A model generated the notes under the pieces. The model was not told the DNA's origin, searched no databases, and saw only the letters and a program-made list of their open reading frames with translations. DNA of 64,000 nt. Origin: Antedon mediterranea (taxonomy: Eukaryota; Animalia; Echinodermata). The position numbers were made by a program, and so were the translations under genes. This document shows positions 52,106-64,000 of the stretch, in pieces (position 1 is the first letter of the stretch; each line of letters starts with the position of its first letter). The stretch covers positions 5,123,888 to 5,187,887 of the forward strand of contig NC_092676.1 of the NCBI RefSeq assembly GCF_964355755.1, read 5' to 3'.

Positions 52106-53660
52106 AAGGACTGTCACTTAACTTTAACTAAGCTAGGGGTTGGTACAGCACTTCAATACCATAGAAGGACTGTCACTTAACTTTAACTAAGCTAGGGGTT
52201 GTTACAGCACTTCAATGCCATAGAAGGACTGTCACTTTACTTTAGCTAAGCTGGGGGTTGTTACAGCACTTCAATGCCATAGAAGGACTGTCACTTTACT
52301 TTAGCTAAGCTGGGGGTTGTTACAGCACTTCAATACCATAGAAGGACTGTCACTTTACTTTAGCTAAGCTGGGGGTTGGTACAGCACTTCAATACCATAG
52401 AAGGACTGTCACTTTACTTTAGCTAAGCTGGGGGTTGGTACAGCACTTCAATGCCATAGAAGGACTGTCACTTTACTTTAGCTAAGCTGGGGGTTGTTAC
52501 AGCACTTCAATACCATAGAAGGACTGTCACTTTACTTTAGCTAAGCTGGGGGTTGGTACAGCACTTCAATACCATAGAAGGACTGTCACTTTACTTTAGC
52601 TAAGCTGGGGGTTGGTACAGCACTTCAATGCCATAGAAGGACTGTCACTTTACTTTAGCTAAGCTGGGGGTTGGTACAGCACTTCAATACCATAGAAGGA
52701 CTGTCACTTTACTTTAGCTAAGCTGGGGGTTGTTACAGCACTTCAATGCCATAGAAGGACTGTCACTTTACTTTAGCTAAGCTGGGGGTTGTTACAGCAC
52801 TTCAATACCATAGAAGGACTGTCACTTTACTTTAGCTAAGCTAGGGGTTGGTACAGCACTTCAATACCATAGAAGGACTGTCACTTTACTTTAGCTAAGC
52901 TGGGGGTTGGTACAGCACTTCAATACCATAGAAGGACTGTCACTTTACTTTAACTAAGCTAGGGGTTGGTACAGCACTTCAATACCATAGAAGGACTGTC
53001 ACTTAACTTTAGCTAAGCTGGGGGTTGGTACAGCACTTCAATACCATAGAAGGACTGTCACTTTACTTTAGCTAAGCTAGGGGTTGGTACAGCACTTCAA
53101 TACCATAGAAGGACTGTCACTTTACTTTAGCTAAGCTGGGGGTTGGTACAGCACTTCAATACCATAGAAGGACTGTCACTTAACTTTAGCTAAGCTGGGG
53201 GTTGGTACAGCACTTCAATACCATAGAAGGACTGTCACTTTACTTTAGCTAAGCTAGGGGTTGGTACAGCACTTCAATACCATAGAAGGACTGTCACTTT
53301 ACTTTAGCTAAGCTGGGGGTTGGTACAGCACTTCAATGCCATAGAAGGACTGTCACTTTACTTTAGCTAAGCTGGGGGTTGGTACAGCACTTCAATACCA
53401 TAGAAGGACTGTCACTTTACTTTAACTAAGCTAGGGGTTGGTACAGCACTTCAATACCATAGAAGGACTGTCACTTTACTTTAGCTAAGCTGGGGGTTGG
53501 TACAGCACTTCAATACCATAGAAGGACTGTCACTTTACTTTAACTAAGCTAGGGGTTGGTACAGCACTTCAATAACATAGAAGGGCTGTCACTAAACTCA
53601 TATCAAGCTACGGATTGTACAGCACCATTGATAACATAGAAGGACTGTCTCTAAACTTAA
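52084..53660 (+). repeat. 59-bp minisatellite x ~26
   Basis: Unit TACAGCACTTCAATACCATAGAAGGACTGTCACTTTACTTTAGCTAAGCTGGGGGTTGG; the first unit overlaps the DUF21 gene's last codons. Confidence 0.97.
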
Positions 53661-54169
53661 GCTACAGGTTATTACAACACCTCTGGTATCTTATTCTCTA
53701 TTAGTTAGGCTAAGCATTGCACAGCACCTCAGATACAATGGGTTTTATTGTTTTAATTTTTTTAATTGGGTAGTGGAGGGAGAATTGAATAACATTCTTT
53801 AGTGTTTAAGGAGAATAAAAACATTATTTTTATTCAAAATTGTTGTATAAGTTAAATAGGTAGCATATATCACAACTGATGTAATTCCAATGTTTATAAA
53901 CGTACATATTTTATTGTTTTTAAATAATGCCGCAGAATAACAATTAAATTAAATTGTTAACTATTGATAGAAATACTATGACAAACAAAACAAAAATGCA
54001 AGTTCAGTGCAATTTATATGTTTCTTTAGAAAATTCTTTAATCAACTCAAAATGTTTTCTCTATTTTTCTAATTGTTTTTATAATACTGTATAAAGAAGT
54101 ATATTTATTAGTTTAGATATTTGAATGCTGTCTTTATTAAGTAAACTTTTCCAAAGTACAGAAGATGTA

Positions 54170-54390
54170 GAAATATGGTGGTGATATGACCAAATATGGT
54201 GGTGATATGACCAAATATAGTAGTGATATGACCAAATATGGTAGTGATATGACCAAATATAGTAGTGATATGACCAAATATGGTAATGATATGACCAAAT
54301 ATGGTAGTGATATGACCAAATAATGGTGGTGATATGACCAAATATGGTAGTGATTTGACATCATCATGTTCATATATGGGCACATCACTT
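54170..54390 (+). repeat. Expanded ~21-bp repeat from the AGCTCTGTCTACACT MITE interior, TIRs absent
   Basis: GTGATATGACCAAATATGGTA x ~9 followed by GACATCATCATGTTCATATATGGGCACATCAC, as in 7431-7756. Confidence 0.85.
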
Positions 54391-55068
54391 TTTTTTTTTT
54401 TAATCCTAATACAAAGTCTTCCTTATACTGTATAATACATGTTTGTTTCATGCAAGATTTTCATAGAATATGTATAATTTTATATATTGATTAAACAAAA
54501 TATTATATAATAAGAATGCCAACTTAAAGGACTGAAATTCTATTCTGAAAAATGTCAAATTAACTTCAATATTTAAAATGGTAGACCAATAATGCGCTCA
54601 AAATCTTCTCCGAGGACCATTCTTTTTTTTCTATTAGGTATTTTATCTTTGTCCATAATAAAAAATAATAGTGACCTCTATGATGTCATAATTAATCTCA
54701 TGAATTATTAATATTTCCGCCTTAGTCTCATAGGAGGAAAAAATGAACTGACTAATTTTTATTGCCAACAAAAAAAACAACATAAACATAACATTGACAA
54801 ACGTCACACTTTCTTTCATAATCGTCAGTTTATACGCATGTGTAGTAGAGGGGGATTTGGAAGATGGAAATTTGAATACGCATGCGTATAAGCTGACGCT
54901 TTCGATGGTTCGCGGGAACAAATCGCCTAGTGGTTTACAGTAGGACTCTCCCTACATGCCCCTTTCCCACATTCACGAATTTGGCTACGAATGAACACAC
55001 TTAGAAATTTACAACAGTCGTAGTAATTCGTGCTAAAAACTACGTTGTAAATTTCTGTTACGACTCGA

Positions 55069-55872
55069 AGGGGCGGACGCAGGGGTGTTGCCTTAGTTGC
55101 CCGGGCAACACCCTTAATTTCATACTAACTGGTTTTTTTCTGTCACTATATTAACATTTAGATCCCGTTTTATTATATATATTAACCATTAACGTTATAG
55201 AAGTCCAGAGTTGGAAGAGTCTATTAAATTGACTGACTGCAGCGTAAAATTAACAGTGCACAATTTAGCGGCGGTCAGCGTATTTTGTTTTTTTAGATAT
55301 GTTTCTGAACATGCTCAGAATTAGTTTCTGACTGTTTGGATTGCTTGCGTGTGTCATGAGAAGATACAGTACGTGGAAAACCCCCGATCATATGGGTCGT
55401 TGATTTGTCCGTAATTATTGCATTTTGCCGGGATTCCCCATCATTTAAGTATTTCCGTATAGTACCCTTTTATCTTCATTTCCCTACGTCTATTGGGCCG
55501 AATTTCTGTAGTAATTACGGACGTTTCGAACTTTGAAATAAAGGTGTTTAATTGCTTCTTTCTGCAAATTTTCTTTTCTGGAGTGTGGATTAAGCAACAC
55601 TGAAAATTAATTTTTGGAAATTGTTGTTTTACTCACTTATTTACCATTTATTTCAAAATAATACAATTCAACGTTTTGCTGCTCAATATATTGATAATTG
55701 ATAATAGGCCTAGTAATTAATTTGTATTAATTGTATTAAATTTGCTTCGCCACAGCCCCCACCATGGTGGGGGGGGGGGGGGGAGGTTGCTATGGCGCAA
55801 ATACTTGGTGTCTATTATGGCCCTGGACTCTTGGGCAACCCTCCTTAAAATAGTACTGCGACCGCCCCCCTG
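55069..55872. mobile_element. hAT-like MITE (degenerate)
   Basis: AGGGGCGGACGCAGGGGTGTTGCC at the left; GGGCAACCCTCC...CTGCGACCGCCCCCCTG at the right. TSD not resolved. Confidence 0.5.
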
Positions 55873-56879
55873 CTCGTCGCACGATGGAGGTACGATAACT
55901 TTACCACAGTATACGAATTATGGTGACAGTGCTACATCCGGTGCCGTCAGGATTTGCTACGAGGACATACTGCGAAATTACGTCTTCAGTATGGTTTTGT
56001 CAAGATTTTATTTTTTGGACAGAATTAATATTAAACAGAATTAATTATATACCTAGATGACATGATTATGTGCGTAACTGAAAATTATGTCTGCACAGAA
56101 TTATTGTTTTTGTCCGAATAGAATCAATTATATTGCATTATGTCGGCAAAATTAACAATGTCCCGAAACGGCGCCCCGTACAAAAGCAGGGCTCGATTTA
56201 GTGCTAGCCCGGCGTACAATGGCTAGTAAAAACAGCTCCGGGCTACCTAAAGTATCTTCCTTTAAGCCCGGATGGCTAGTAGGTTGTGGGAACTCGAAAT
56301 TGGGACGAAATGACCTCATAAAAATAACTCCAGCATAAAAGACATGTCTTGGCAACATCAGCAAAAAAAAATCACTCGCGCGCTACTGCTGTGGCCATAA
56401 CAAGTGATGATGTAGGCGGAGCCTCTCATAATCAAATAAATTTCCCGAATTATGATTGGCCATTTATGTTTTTGTCACCCAGGTTATTGTGAAGTAGGCG
56501 GAGCTTCATTATCAGGTCAAACATGTCACAAAAATATGACCATAAATAACGAACTGTGATTGGCCAAATGTAGTAGAATTTTGCCAATGTTAAAAATAAC
56601 TTGTCCAGTCTTGTCAGGCCAGGCCTGGTTGTCACAGACCAAAGCTAGTAGGGATATTTTGTAGGGCCGGGTGGCTGGCTCTATCCCTGTAGGTAGGCCA
56701 TGGAGGCCATATTTTATAATATGCGTAGGAGGCCTAGATAGAACCAAAAGCCATCGTTTGGCATCGTGATGGCTGCTCAGCAGCTAGCTAGGCCTAGCGA
56801 GTAAAGCGCAGGATTGGTCATTTTGGAGTTTTCAGAGCTTATACTTGTGTTGTAGCATACAGGTTTTTTTTGCTGTTTG

Positions 56880-59800
56880 TTGCTTTAACCATGCTATTTA
56901 TGCTAATATTGCTATTTCTGCTTATAGCTGGAAAAGCAGTTGTGGTTGCTAGTGATATGTTATTGTGCTATTGAAGTCTTAGGGATAAGTCTTACTGCTA
57001 TAGCAGCTATTTTTGCTATAGCTCGAAAAGCAGTTGTGGTTGCTACTGATATGCTATTATGCTATTGAAGTCTAAGGGCTAAGTGTTTCACTGCTATAGC
57101 AGCTATTTTTGCTGTAGCTGGAAAAGCAGTTATGGTTGCTATTGATTTGCTATTATGCTATTGAAGTCCAAGGGTTAAGTGTTACTGCTATAGCAGCTGT
57201 TTTTGCTATAGCTGGAAAAGTAGTTAGGGTTGCTATTGATTTGCTATTATGCTATTGAAGTCTGAGGGTTAAGTGTTACTGCTATAGCAGCTATTTTTGC
57301 TATAGCTGGAAAAGCAGTTATGGTTGCTATTGATTTGCTATTATGCTATTGAATTTGAAGGGTTAAGTGTTTCACTGCTATAGCAGCTATTTCTGCTATA
57401 GCTCGAAAAGCAGATGTGATTGCTATTGATATGCTATTGTGCTATTGAAGTCTAAGGGTTAAGTCTGACTGCTATAGCAGCTATTTTTGCTATAGCTGGA
57501 AAAGCAGTTATGGTTGCTATTGATTTGCTGTTATGCTATTGAAGTCCGAGGGTTAAGTGTTACTGCTATAGCAGCTATTTTTGCTATAGCTGGAAAAGCA
57601 GTTATGGTTGCTATTGATTTGCTATTATGCTATTGAAGTCCGAGGGTTAAGTGTTACTGCTATAGCAGCTATTTTTGCTATAGCTGGAAAAGCAGTTTTG
57701 GTTGCTACTGATAAGCTAGTTTGCTATTGAATTTGAAGGGTTAAGTGTTTCACCGCTGTAGCAGCTATTTCTGCTATAGCTCGAAAAGCAGATGTGATTG
57801 CTAATGATATGCTATTGTGCTATTGAAGTCTAAGGGTTAAGTCTGACTGCTATAGCAGCTATTTTTGCTATAGCTGGAAAGGCAGTTATGGTTGCTATTG
57901 ATTTGCTTTTATGCTATTGAAGTCCGAGGGTTAAGTGTTACTGCTATAGCAGCTATTTTTGCTATAGCTGGAAAAGCAGTTATGGTTGCTATTGATTTGC
58001 TATTTTGCTATTGAAGTACGAGGGTTAAGTGTTACTGCTATAGCAGCTATTTTTGCTATAGCTGGAAAAGCAGTTTTGGTTGCTACTGATAAGCTAGTTT
58101 GCTATTGAATTTGAAGGGTTAAGTGTTTCACTGCTATAGCAGCTGTTTCTGCTATAGCTCGAAAAGCAGATGTGATTGCTAATGATATGCTATTGTGCTA
58201 TTGAAGTGTAAGGGTTAAGTCTGACTGCTATAGCAGCTATTTTTGCTATAGCTGGAAAAGCAGTTATGATTGCTATTGATTTGCTATTATGCTATTGAAT
58301 ATGAAGGGTTAGGCCTAAGTGTTTCACTGCTATAGCAGCTGTTTCTGCTATAGCTCGAAAAGCAGATGTGATTGCTAATGATAATATGCTATTGTGCTAT
58401 TGAAGTCTAAGGGTTAAGTCTGACTGCTATAGCAGCTATTTTTGCTATAGCTGGAAAAGCAGTTATGGTTGCTATTGATTTGCTATTATGCTATTGAAGT
58501 CCGAGGGTTAAGTGTTACTGCTATAGCAGCTGTTTTTGCTATAGCTGGAAAAGCAGTTATGGTTGCTATTGATTTGCTATTGTGCTATTGAAGTACGAGG
58601 GCTAAGTGTTACTGCTATAGCAGCTATTTTTGCTATAGCTGGAAAAGCAGTTTTGGTTGCTACTGATAAGCTAGTTTGCTATTGAATTTCAAGGGTTAAG
58701 TGTTTCACTGCTATAGCAGCTATTTCTGCTATAGCTCGAAAAGCAGATGTGATTGCTAATGATATGCTATTGTGCTATTGAAGTCTAAGGGTTAAGTCTG
58801 ACTGCTATAGCAGCTATTTTTGCTATAGCTGGAAAAGCAGTTCGGGTTGCTATTGATTTGCTATTATGCTATTGAAGTCTGAGGGTTAAGTGTTACTGCT
58901 ATAGCAGCTATTTTTGCTATAGCTGGAAAAACAGTTGTGGTTGCTATTGATGTGCTATTATGCTATTGAATTGGAAGGGTTAAGTGTTTCACTGCTATAG
59001 CAGCTATTTCTGCTATAGCTCGAAAAGCAGATGTGATTGCTAATGATATGCTATTATGCTATTGAAGTCCAAGGGTTAAGTGTTACTGCTATAGCAGCTA
59101 TTTTTGCTATAGCTGGAAAAGCAGTTATGGTTGCTATTGATTTGCTATTATGCTATTGAAGTCCAAGGGTTAAGTGATACTCTTATAGCAGCTATTTTTG
59201 CTATAGCTGGAAAAGCAGTTGTGGTTGCTGTTGATTTGCTATTATGCTATTGAAGTCTGAGGGTTAAGTGTTACTGCTATAGCAGCTATTTTTGCTATAG
59301 CTGGAAAAGCAGATGTGATTGCTATTATGATATGCTATTGTGCTGTTGAAGTCTAAGGGTTAAGTCTGACTGCTATAGCAGCTATTTTTGCTATAGCTGG
59401 AAAAGGAGTTATGGTTGCTATTGATTTGCTATTGAGCTATTGAAGTCCAAGGGTTAAGTGTTACTGCTATGAAGTCTAAAGGTTAAGTGTTACTGCTATA
59501 GCTGGAAAAGCAGTTGTGATTGCTACTGATAAGCTAGTTTGCTATTGAATTTGAAGGGTTAAGTGTGTCACTGCTATAGCAGCTATTTCTGCTATAGCTC
59601 GAAAAGCAGATGTGATTGCTAATGATATGCTATTGTGCTATTGAAGTCTAAGGGTTAAGTCTGACTGCTATAGCAGCTATTTTTGCTATAGCTGGAAAAG
59701 CAGTTATGATTGCTATTGATTTGCTATTGTGCTATTGAAGTCCAAGGGTTAAGTGTTACTGCTATAGCAGCTATTTTTGCTATAGCTGAAAAAACAGTTA

Positions 59801-60155
59801 TGGTTGCTATTGATTTGCTATTATGCTATTGAAGTCTAAGGGTTAAGTGTTTGACCGCTATAGCAGCTATTTCTGCTATAGCTGGAAAAGCAGTTGTGGT
59901 TACTGATATGCTATTATGCTATTGAAATATAAGGGTTAAGTGTTACTGCTATAGCAGCTATTTCTGCTATAGCTGGAAAAGCAGTTCTGGTTGCTACTGA
60001 TATGCTATTATGCTATTGAAATCTAAGGGTTAAGTGTTACTGCTACAGCTGCTATTTCTGCTATAGCTTAGAAAGCAGTTGTGGTTGCTACTGATATGCT
60101 ATTGTGCTATTGAAGTCTAAGGGTTAAGTCTGACTGCTATAGCAGCTATTTCTAT
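56880..60155 (+). repeat. 94/96-bp satellite array (~35 monomers) with a 378-bp higher-order repeat
   Basis: Monomer GCTATAGCAGCTATTTTTGCTATAGCTGGAAAAGCAGTTATGGTTGCTATTGATTTGCTATTATGCTATTGAAGTCCAAGGGTTAAGTGTTACT; variant GAATTTGAAGG at 57351, 57729 and 58107. Confidence 0.96.
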
Positions 60156-60159
60156 GGTT

Positions 60160-60604
60160 AGACCTTGTGGTATTATTGTGGATTTCGCTGAGTTATACAC
60201 TTGTGAATCACCTTCCCAAGCTTGTGTATTTTTTTTACGATTTTACGATGTTCAAGGCAATGGGACAGATTCAGCTATATCGGATATGACAGGGCCTGTG
60301 AGCTTCATCCATTCTTAAAAAACTTAGCAAAAAAGGGAAATGAAGGAGCACAACTGACTTATTGAACAATCTGAAATTCGTGGTAGACCTATTTCACATT
60401 AGGACTCACAAACGAAAAGAATGTATGCCATTGAGTAACCCAGAGTGTATATACCATCCACAACTGCCACAACACGCAGTTATAGCTGGAGTTAACACTC
60501 AATGTGCTGAACAGACATTCAAATCACTTAACAAGTATAAGTACATCACGAAACGAATGTCAAATTTTTTTTGTATACTGTTATCCAAAGACACAATGAA
60601 ATGA
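60160..60604 (+). pseudogene. Kyakuja-Dileera-Zisupton (KDZ)-type transposase fragment with frameshifts
   Basis: Across frames: PCGIIVDFAELYTCESPSQ...YIGYDRACELHPFL...KFVVDLFHIRTHKRKEC...GVNTQCAEQTFKSL, matching the KDZ YDxxC, DxFHxxxH and NxxxxEQ catalytic motifs. Confidence 0.75.
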
Positions 60605-61049
60605 TACACAAGAAACTGCAGCATGAGGGTAAACTTTTGGACACGCAATAAGTTACTGAATGACATTGTTCAATCGTATGTTATAAATCAGGCTATTCTA
60701 CTTACTCAGATCACTCATTGTCCTAATTGCTGTACATTTTAATCAAATTTCTACGTGTTTTGCATAATATTGTACTTCAAGAGCCAAAGAATTAAGTTTG
60801 CGACCTGTATATAATATTATTGTTAATCATTAATAGTTGCAGCTTCAGTTTATAAGGAAATGTACAATTAAATCTAGGCATACATTTAGTTATGACATTT
60901 ATAAAAAAGGGCAAAGTAACATAAAATTAATTTTATCTTTGATAAAACTGAGATTATAATCTTTCATTTAAATAAATTAAAATACTCTCATTTAGAATGG
61001 ATTGTAAACTGCTTAACATATTTTCATTTTTCTAAATCACAAACTTGTA

Positions 61050-61520
61050 TTAATTTTCAACTTTCTGATTGTACCAGATGTATCCATACTCGAACGTATG
61101 TATACGATTAAACAACTTACATGTAAAGGTTGTTATATTACAGTACGACTTTTCAAATGTCCTAATAATTTCCCACCTTTTTGAAATACAATTATTTTGG
61201 ATAGGATTACATTTACACTAACATTGCATGTGTCGCAAAATGTTTCCAATACATTCATTGAATTTGGTAGACCAGATCAGCATAATATAATAGATGGTTT
61301 ATAAAGCAGTCTCCGAATTGTATTTCTTTGGTATTTGTATTAATAATAGATCGTTTATAAATATATCTTAAACAGAATACAGAGGTGAACCTTCTTGCTG
61401 TATCCCATTCAAACGTTGAAATGGGAGCATTAACTAGTGGCATATTTTTACGTGTGCTGATATTTTACTGTACATGGAATATTTGACGTGAAATGTATTA
61501 TTGATTACACCTATTTCTCT
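61050..61520 (-). mobile_element. Decayed non-LTR retrotransposon (L2/CR1 group) RT fragment
   Basis: Minus strand IQFGDCFINHLLYYADLV (degenerate LYADD), then VLETFCDTCNVSVNVILSKIIVFQKGGK. Confidence 0.6.
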
Positions 61521-62237
61521 TAATTTTATTAATACACATTATTATTTATGTAGTGAAAAGCAAGTTTGAGATCAACGAAGCAACAAAATAATTGATCCCT
61601 TCTCTTACTTAAATATTTTTGGATTGTGCTGTTTAGCATGAAAGTATATGTAGTGTTCTGAATCCCTTGTGACAGCCTGATTGTTGTTGGTAAATAATGT
61701 TGTTGTTATCAGTAATGGCTTATTGTTGTAGTATTAAAGATGTTTAAAAATGTTTGGAAAGTCAAATGTCAGAAATGTCTCTATAGTTTTCGGGTTTGTT
61801 GCTATCACCCTTTAATTGGAATTTGGAAGGCATGTTTTATTTGGAATAGGTTAATTTTGTCATCATACACGATGTTATGCTCATTTTTCTTGCTGTACAT
61901 TTTATTCAAATTTCTATGTGTGTTGCATAATATTGTACTTCAAGAGCCAAAGAATTAAGTTTGCGACCTTTATATAATATTATTCTGAATCATTAATAGT
62001 TGCAACTTAAGTTTATAAGGAAATGTACAATTAAATTGAGGCATTATATTTAGTTATGACACTTTAAATATTTTAGGATTGTGCTGTTTAGGATGAAAGT
62101 ATTTGTAGTGTTTGGAATCCCTTGTAAAAGCCTGATTGTTGTTGGTAAATAATAGTTGTCAGTGTTGTCAATATAGATTATTCTTGTAGTATTAAAGATG
62201 TTTAAAAATATTTGGGAACTGGAATGTCAAAATTGGC

Positions 62238-62745
62238 TCAACTATGAACTGAACGTACCCTTTAAATAATCTCAGCTATAAAGTGAACCTAACCGTCTTA
62301 ATGATCTAAACTATGAACTGAACCCTCTATATAATCTCAACTATCAACTGAACTTAACACTGTAATAGTTTTTTGGTTTGTTCCTTAATAATCTCAACTA
62401 TGAACTGAACGTACCGTTTAAATAATCTCAGCTATGAAGTGAACCTAACCGTCTTAATGATCTAAACTATGAACTGAACCCTCTATATAATCTCAACTAT
62501 CAACTGAACCTAACACTGTAAATAATAGCAACTATGAACTGAACCTCACCCTCTAAATAATCTGAAACATCAACTGAACCTCACCCTCCAAATAATCTAA
62601 ACTATGAACTGAACCTAACCCTTTAAATAATCTCCACTATGAACTGAACCTTACCATTTAGAAAACCTCCACTGTGTCAACTAAACCTTCTTTAAGTATC
62701 CTAACCTTCTAAATAATCTGAACTTAGAACTTACCCTTTAAATAA
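62238..62745 (+). repeat. ~33-35-bp tandem repeat
   Basis: TCTCAACTATGAACTGAACCTAACCCTTTAAATAA-type units, x ~14. Confidence 0.88.
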
Positions 62746-64000
62746 TCATGTAAAACGCCTGACGTGTATACCCTTTAAAAAAAACATTAATCCTGACATA
62801 AACCGCCAAGATCTAACCACCCTCATGTGAACCGCCTGACATGTATACCCATAAAAAAAACATCACTCCAGATGTAAACCGCCAAGATGTGACCACCTCA
62901 TGTAAAATGCCTGACGTGTATAACCTAAAACAAAACATCACTCCAGATGTTAACCGCCAAGATCTAACCACCATAATGTAAAACGCCTGACGTGTATAAC
63001 CTAAAAAAAAAAACACTTCAGATGCAAACCACCAAGATCTGACCACCCTAACTGATCATGTAAAAAACGCCTGACGTGTATAACCTAAAAAAAAAAAAAA
63101 ACATCACTCCAGATGTAAACCGCCAAGATGTAAAACGCCTGATGTGTAGAACCTTAAAAAAAACCATCACTCCAGATGTAAACCGCCAAGATCTAACCAC
63201 CGTCATGTGAAACGCCTGACGTGTATACCCATAAAAAAAAACATCACTCCAGATGTAAACTTCCAAGGTCTGACCACCCTCATCTAAAACCCCTGACATG
63301 TATACCCTAAAAAACATCACTCCAGATGTAAACCGCCAAGATCTGACCACCCACATGTGAAACGCCTAATGTGTATAACCTAAAAAAAAAAACAATCCAG
63401 ATGTAAACCGCCAAGAACACCCTCAGGTAAAACGCCTGACGTGTATAACCTAAAAAAAAAGTCACTCCAGTGTAAACCGCCAAGATGTAAAACGCTCCTG
63501 ACATAAACCGCCAAGATCTAACCACCCTCATTTGAAATGCCTGATGTGTATACCTTTAAAAAAAAACATCACTCCATATGTAAATATTTAGTTATGCCAT
63601 TTAAATATTTTAGGATTGTGCTGTTTAAGATGAAAGTATTTGTAGTGTTCGGAATCCATTGTAAAAGCCTGATTGTTGTTGGTAAATAATAGTTGTTGTT
63701 GTCAATATGGATTATATTGTAGTATTAAAGATGTTTAAAAATATTTGGGAACTGGAATGTCAAAAATGGCTATATAGTTTTCTGGTTTGTTCCTTAATAA
63801 TCTCAACTATGATGTTGTAAACCGCCAAGATCTGAACAGCCTCATGTAAAACGCCTGACGTGTATAACCTATAAAAAAAAAATCACTCCAGTGTAAACCG
63901 CCAAGATGTAAAACGCTCCTGACATAAACCGCTAAGATCTAACCACCCTCATGTGAAATGCCTGACGTGTATACCCATAAAAAAAAAACATCACTTCAGA
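62746..64000 (+). repeat. ~75-80-bp tandem repeat, interrupted at 63585-63815 and running off the window
   Basis: CATGTAAAACGCCTGACGTGTATAACCTAAAAAAAACATCACTCCAGATGTAAACCGCCAAGATCTAACCACCCT units. Confidence 0.9.

Noticed and set aside
54108-54451. (HITTIFG)n and (YLVISLP)n ORFs
   Set aside because: Translation of the 21-bp MITE-derived repeat.
52084-60155. Regular arrays that might be CRISPR-like
   Set aside because: Head-to-tail units with no unique spacers, no cas genes and a eukaryotic context.
62813-63531. ORFs with repeated VVRSWRFTSGV
   Set aside because: Translation of a ~78-bp tandem repeat with variable poly-A tracts that shift frame.

Overview
AT-rich eukaryotic (invertebrate animal) genomic DNA with GT-AG introns; dense TAGGCCTA motifs suggest an echinoderm, which is an inference only. 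Five spliced protein-coding genes can be assembled by hand: the 3' end of an EGF-repeat single-pass membrane protein (+, 1-1506), TFIIB/GTF2B (+, 4239-11714), ZMPSTE24/CAAX prenyl protease (+, 14067-22332), a 3xBIR-UBA-RING inhibitor of apoptosis (-, 25717-29765) and a DUF21/CNNM-CBS metal-transport protein (+, 43170-52105). Introns and intergenic DNA hold many non-autonomous DNA transposons (Kolobok-, Harbinger-, hAT-, Academ-, Helitron- and Helentron-like, several nested), minisatellites, LINE and Penelope-like fragments, and a KDZ transposase pseudogene abutting a 94-bp satellite with higher-order structure. Most notable: (i) a 120-aa coding-like ORF and a possible TAATG stop-start junction in the 5' leader of the IAP; (ii) a protein-like cytoplasmic tail continuing in frame through two TAA stops in the EGF gene; (iii) a tandemly duplicated orphan TATA/kappaB promoter with micro-exons upstream of TFIIB; (iv) a Mam3/plant-type DUF21 protein whose stop codon is the first unit of a 3'UTR satellite. 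All coordinates were read by eye and repeat boundaries are approximate.
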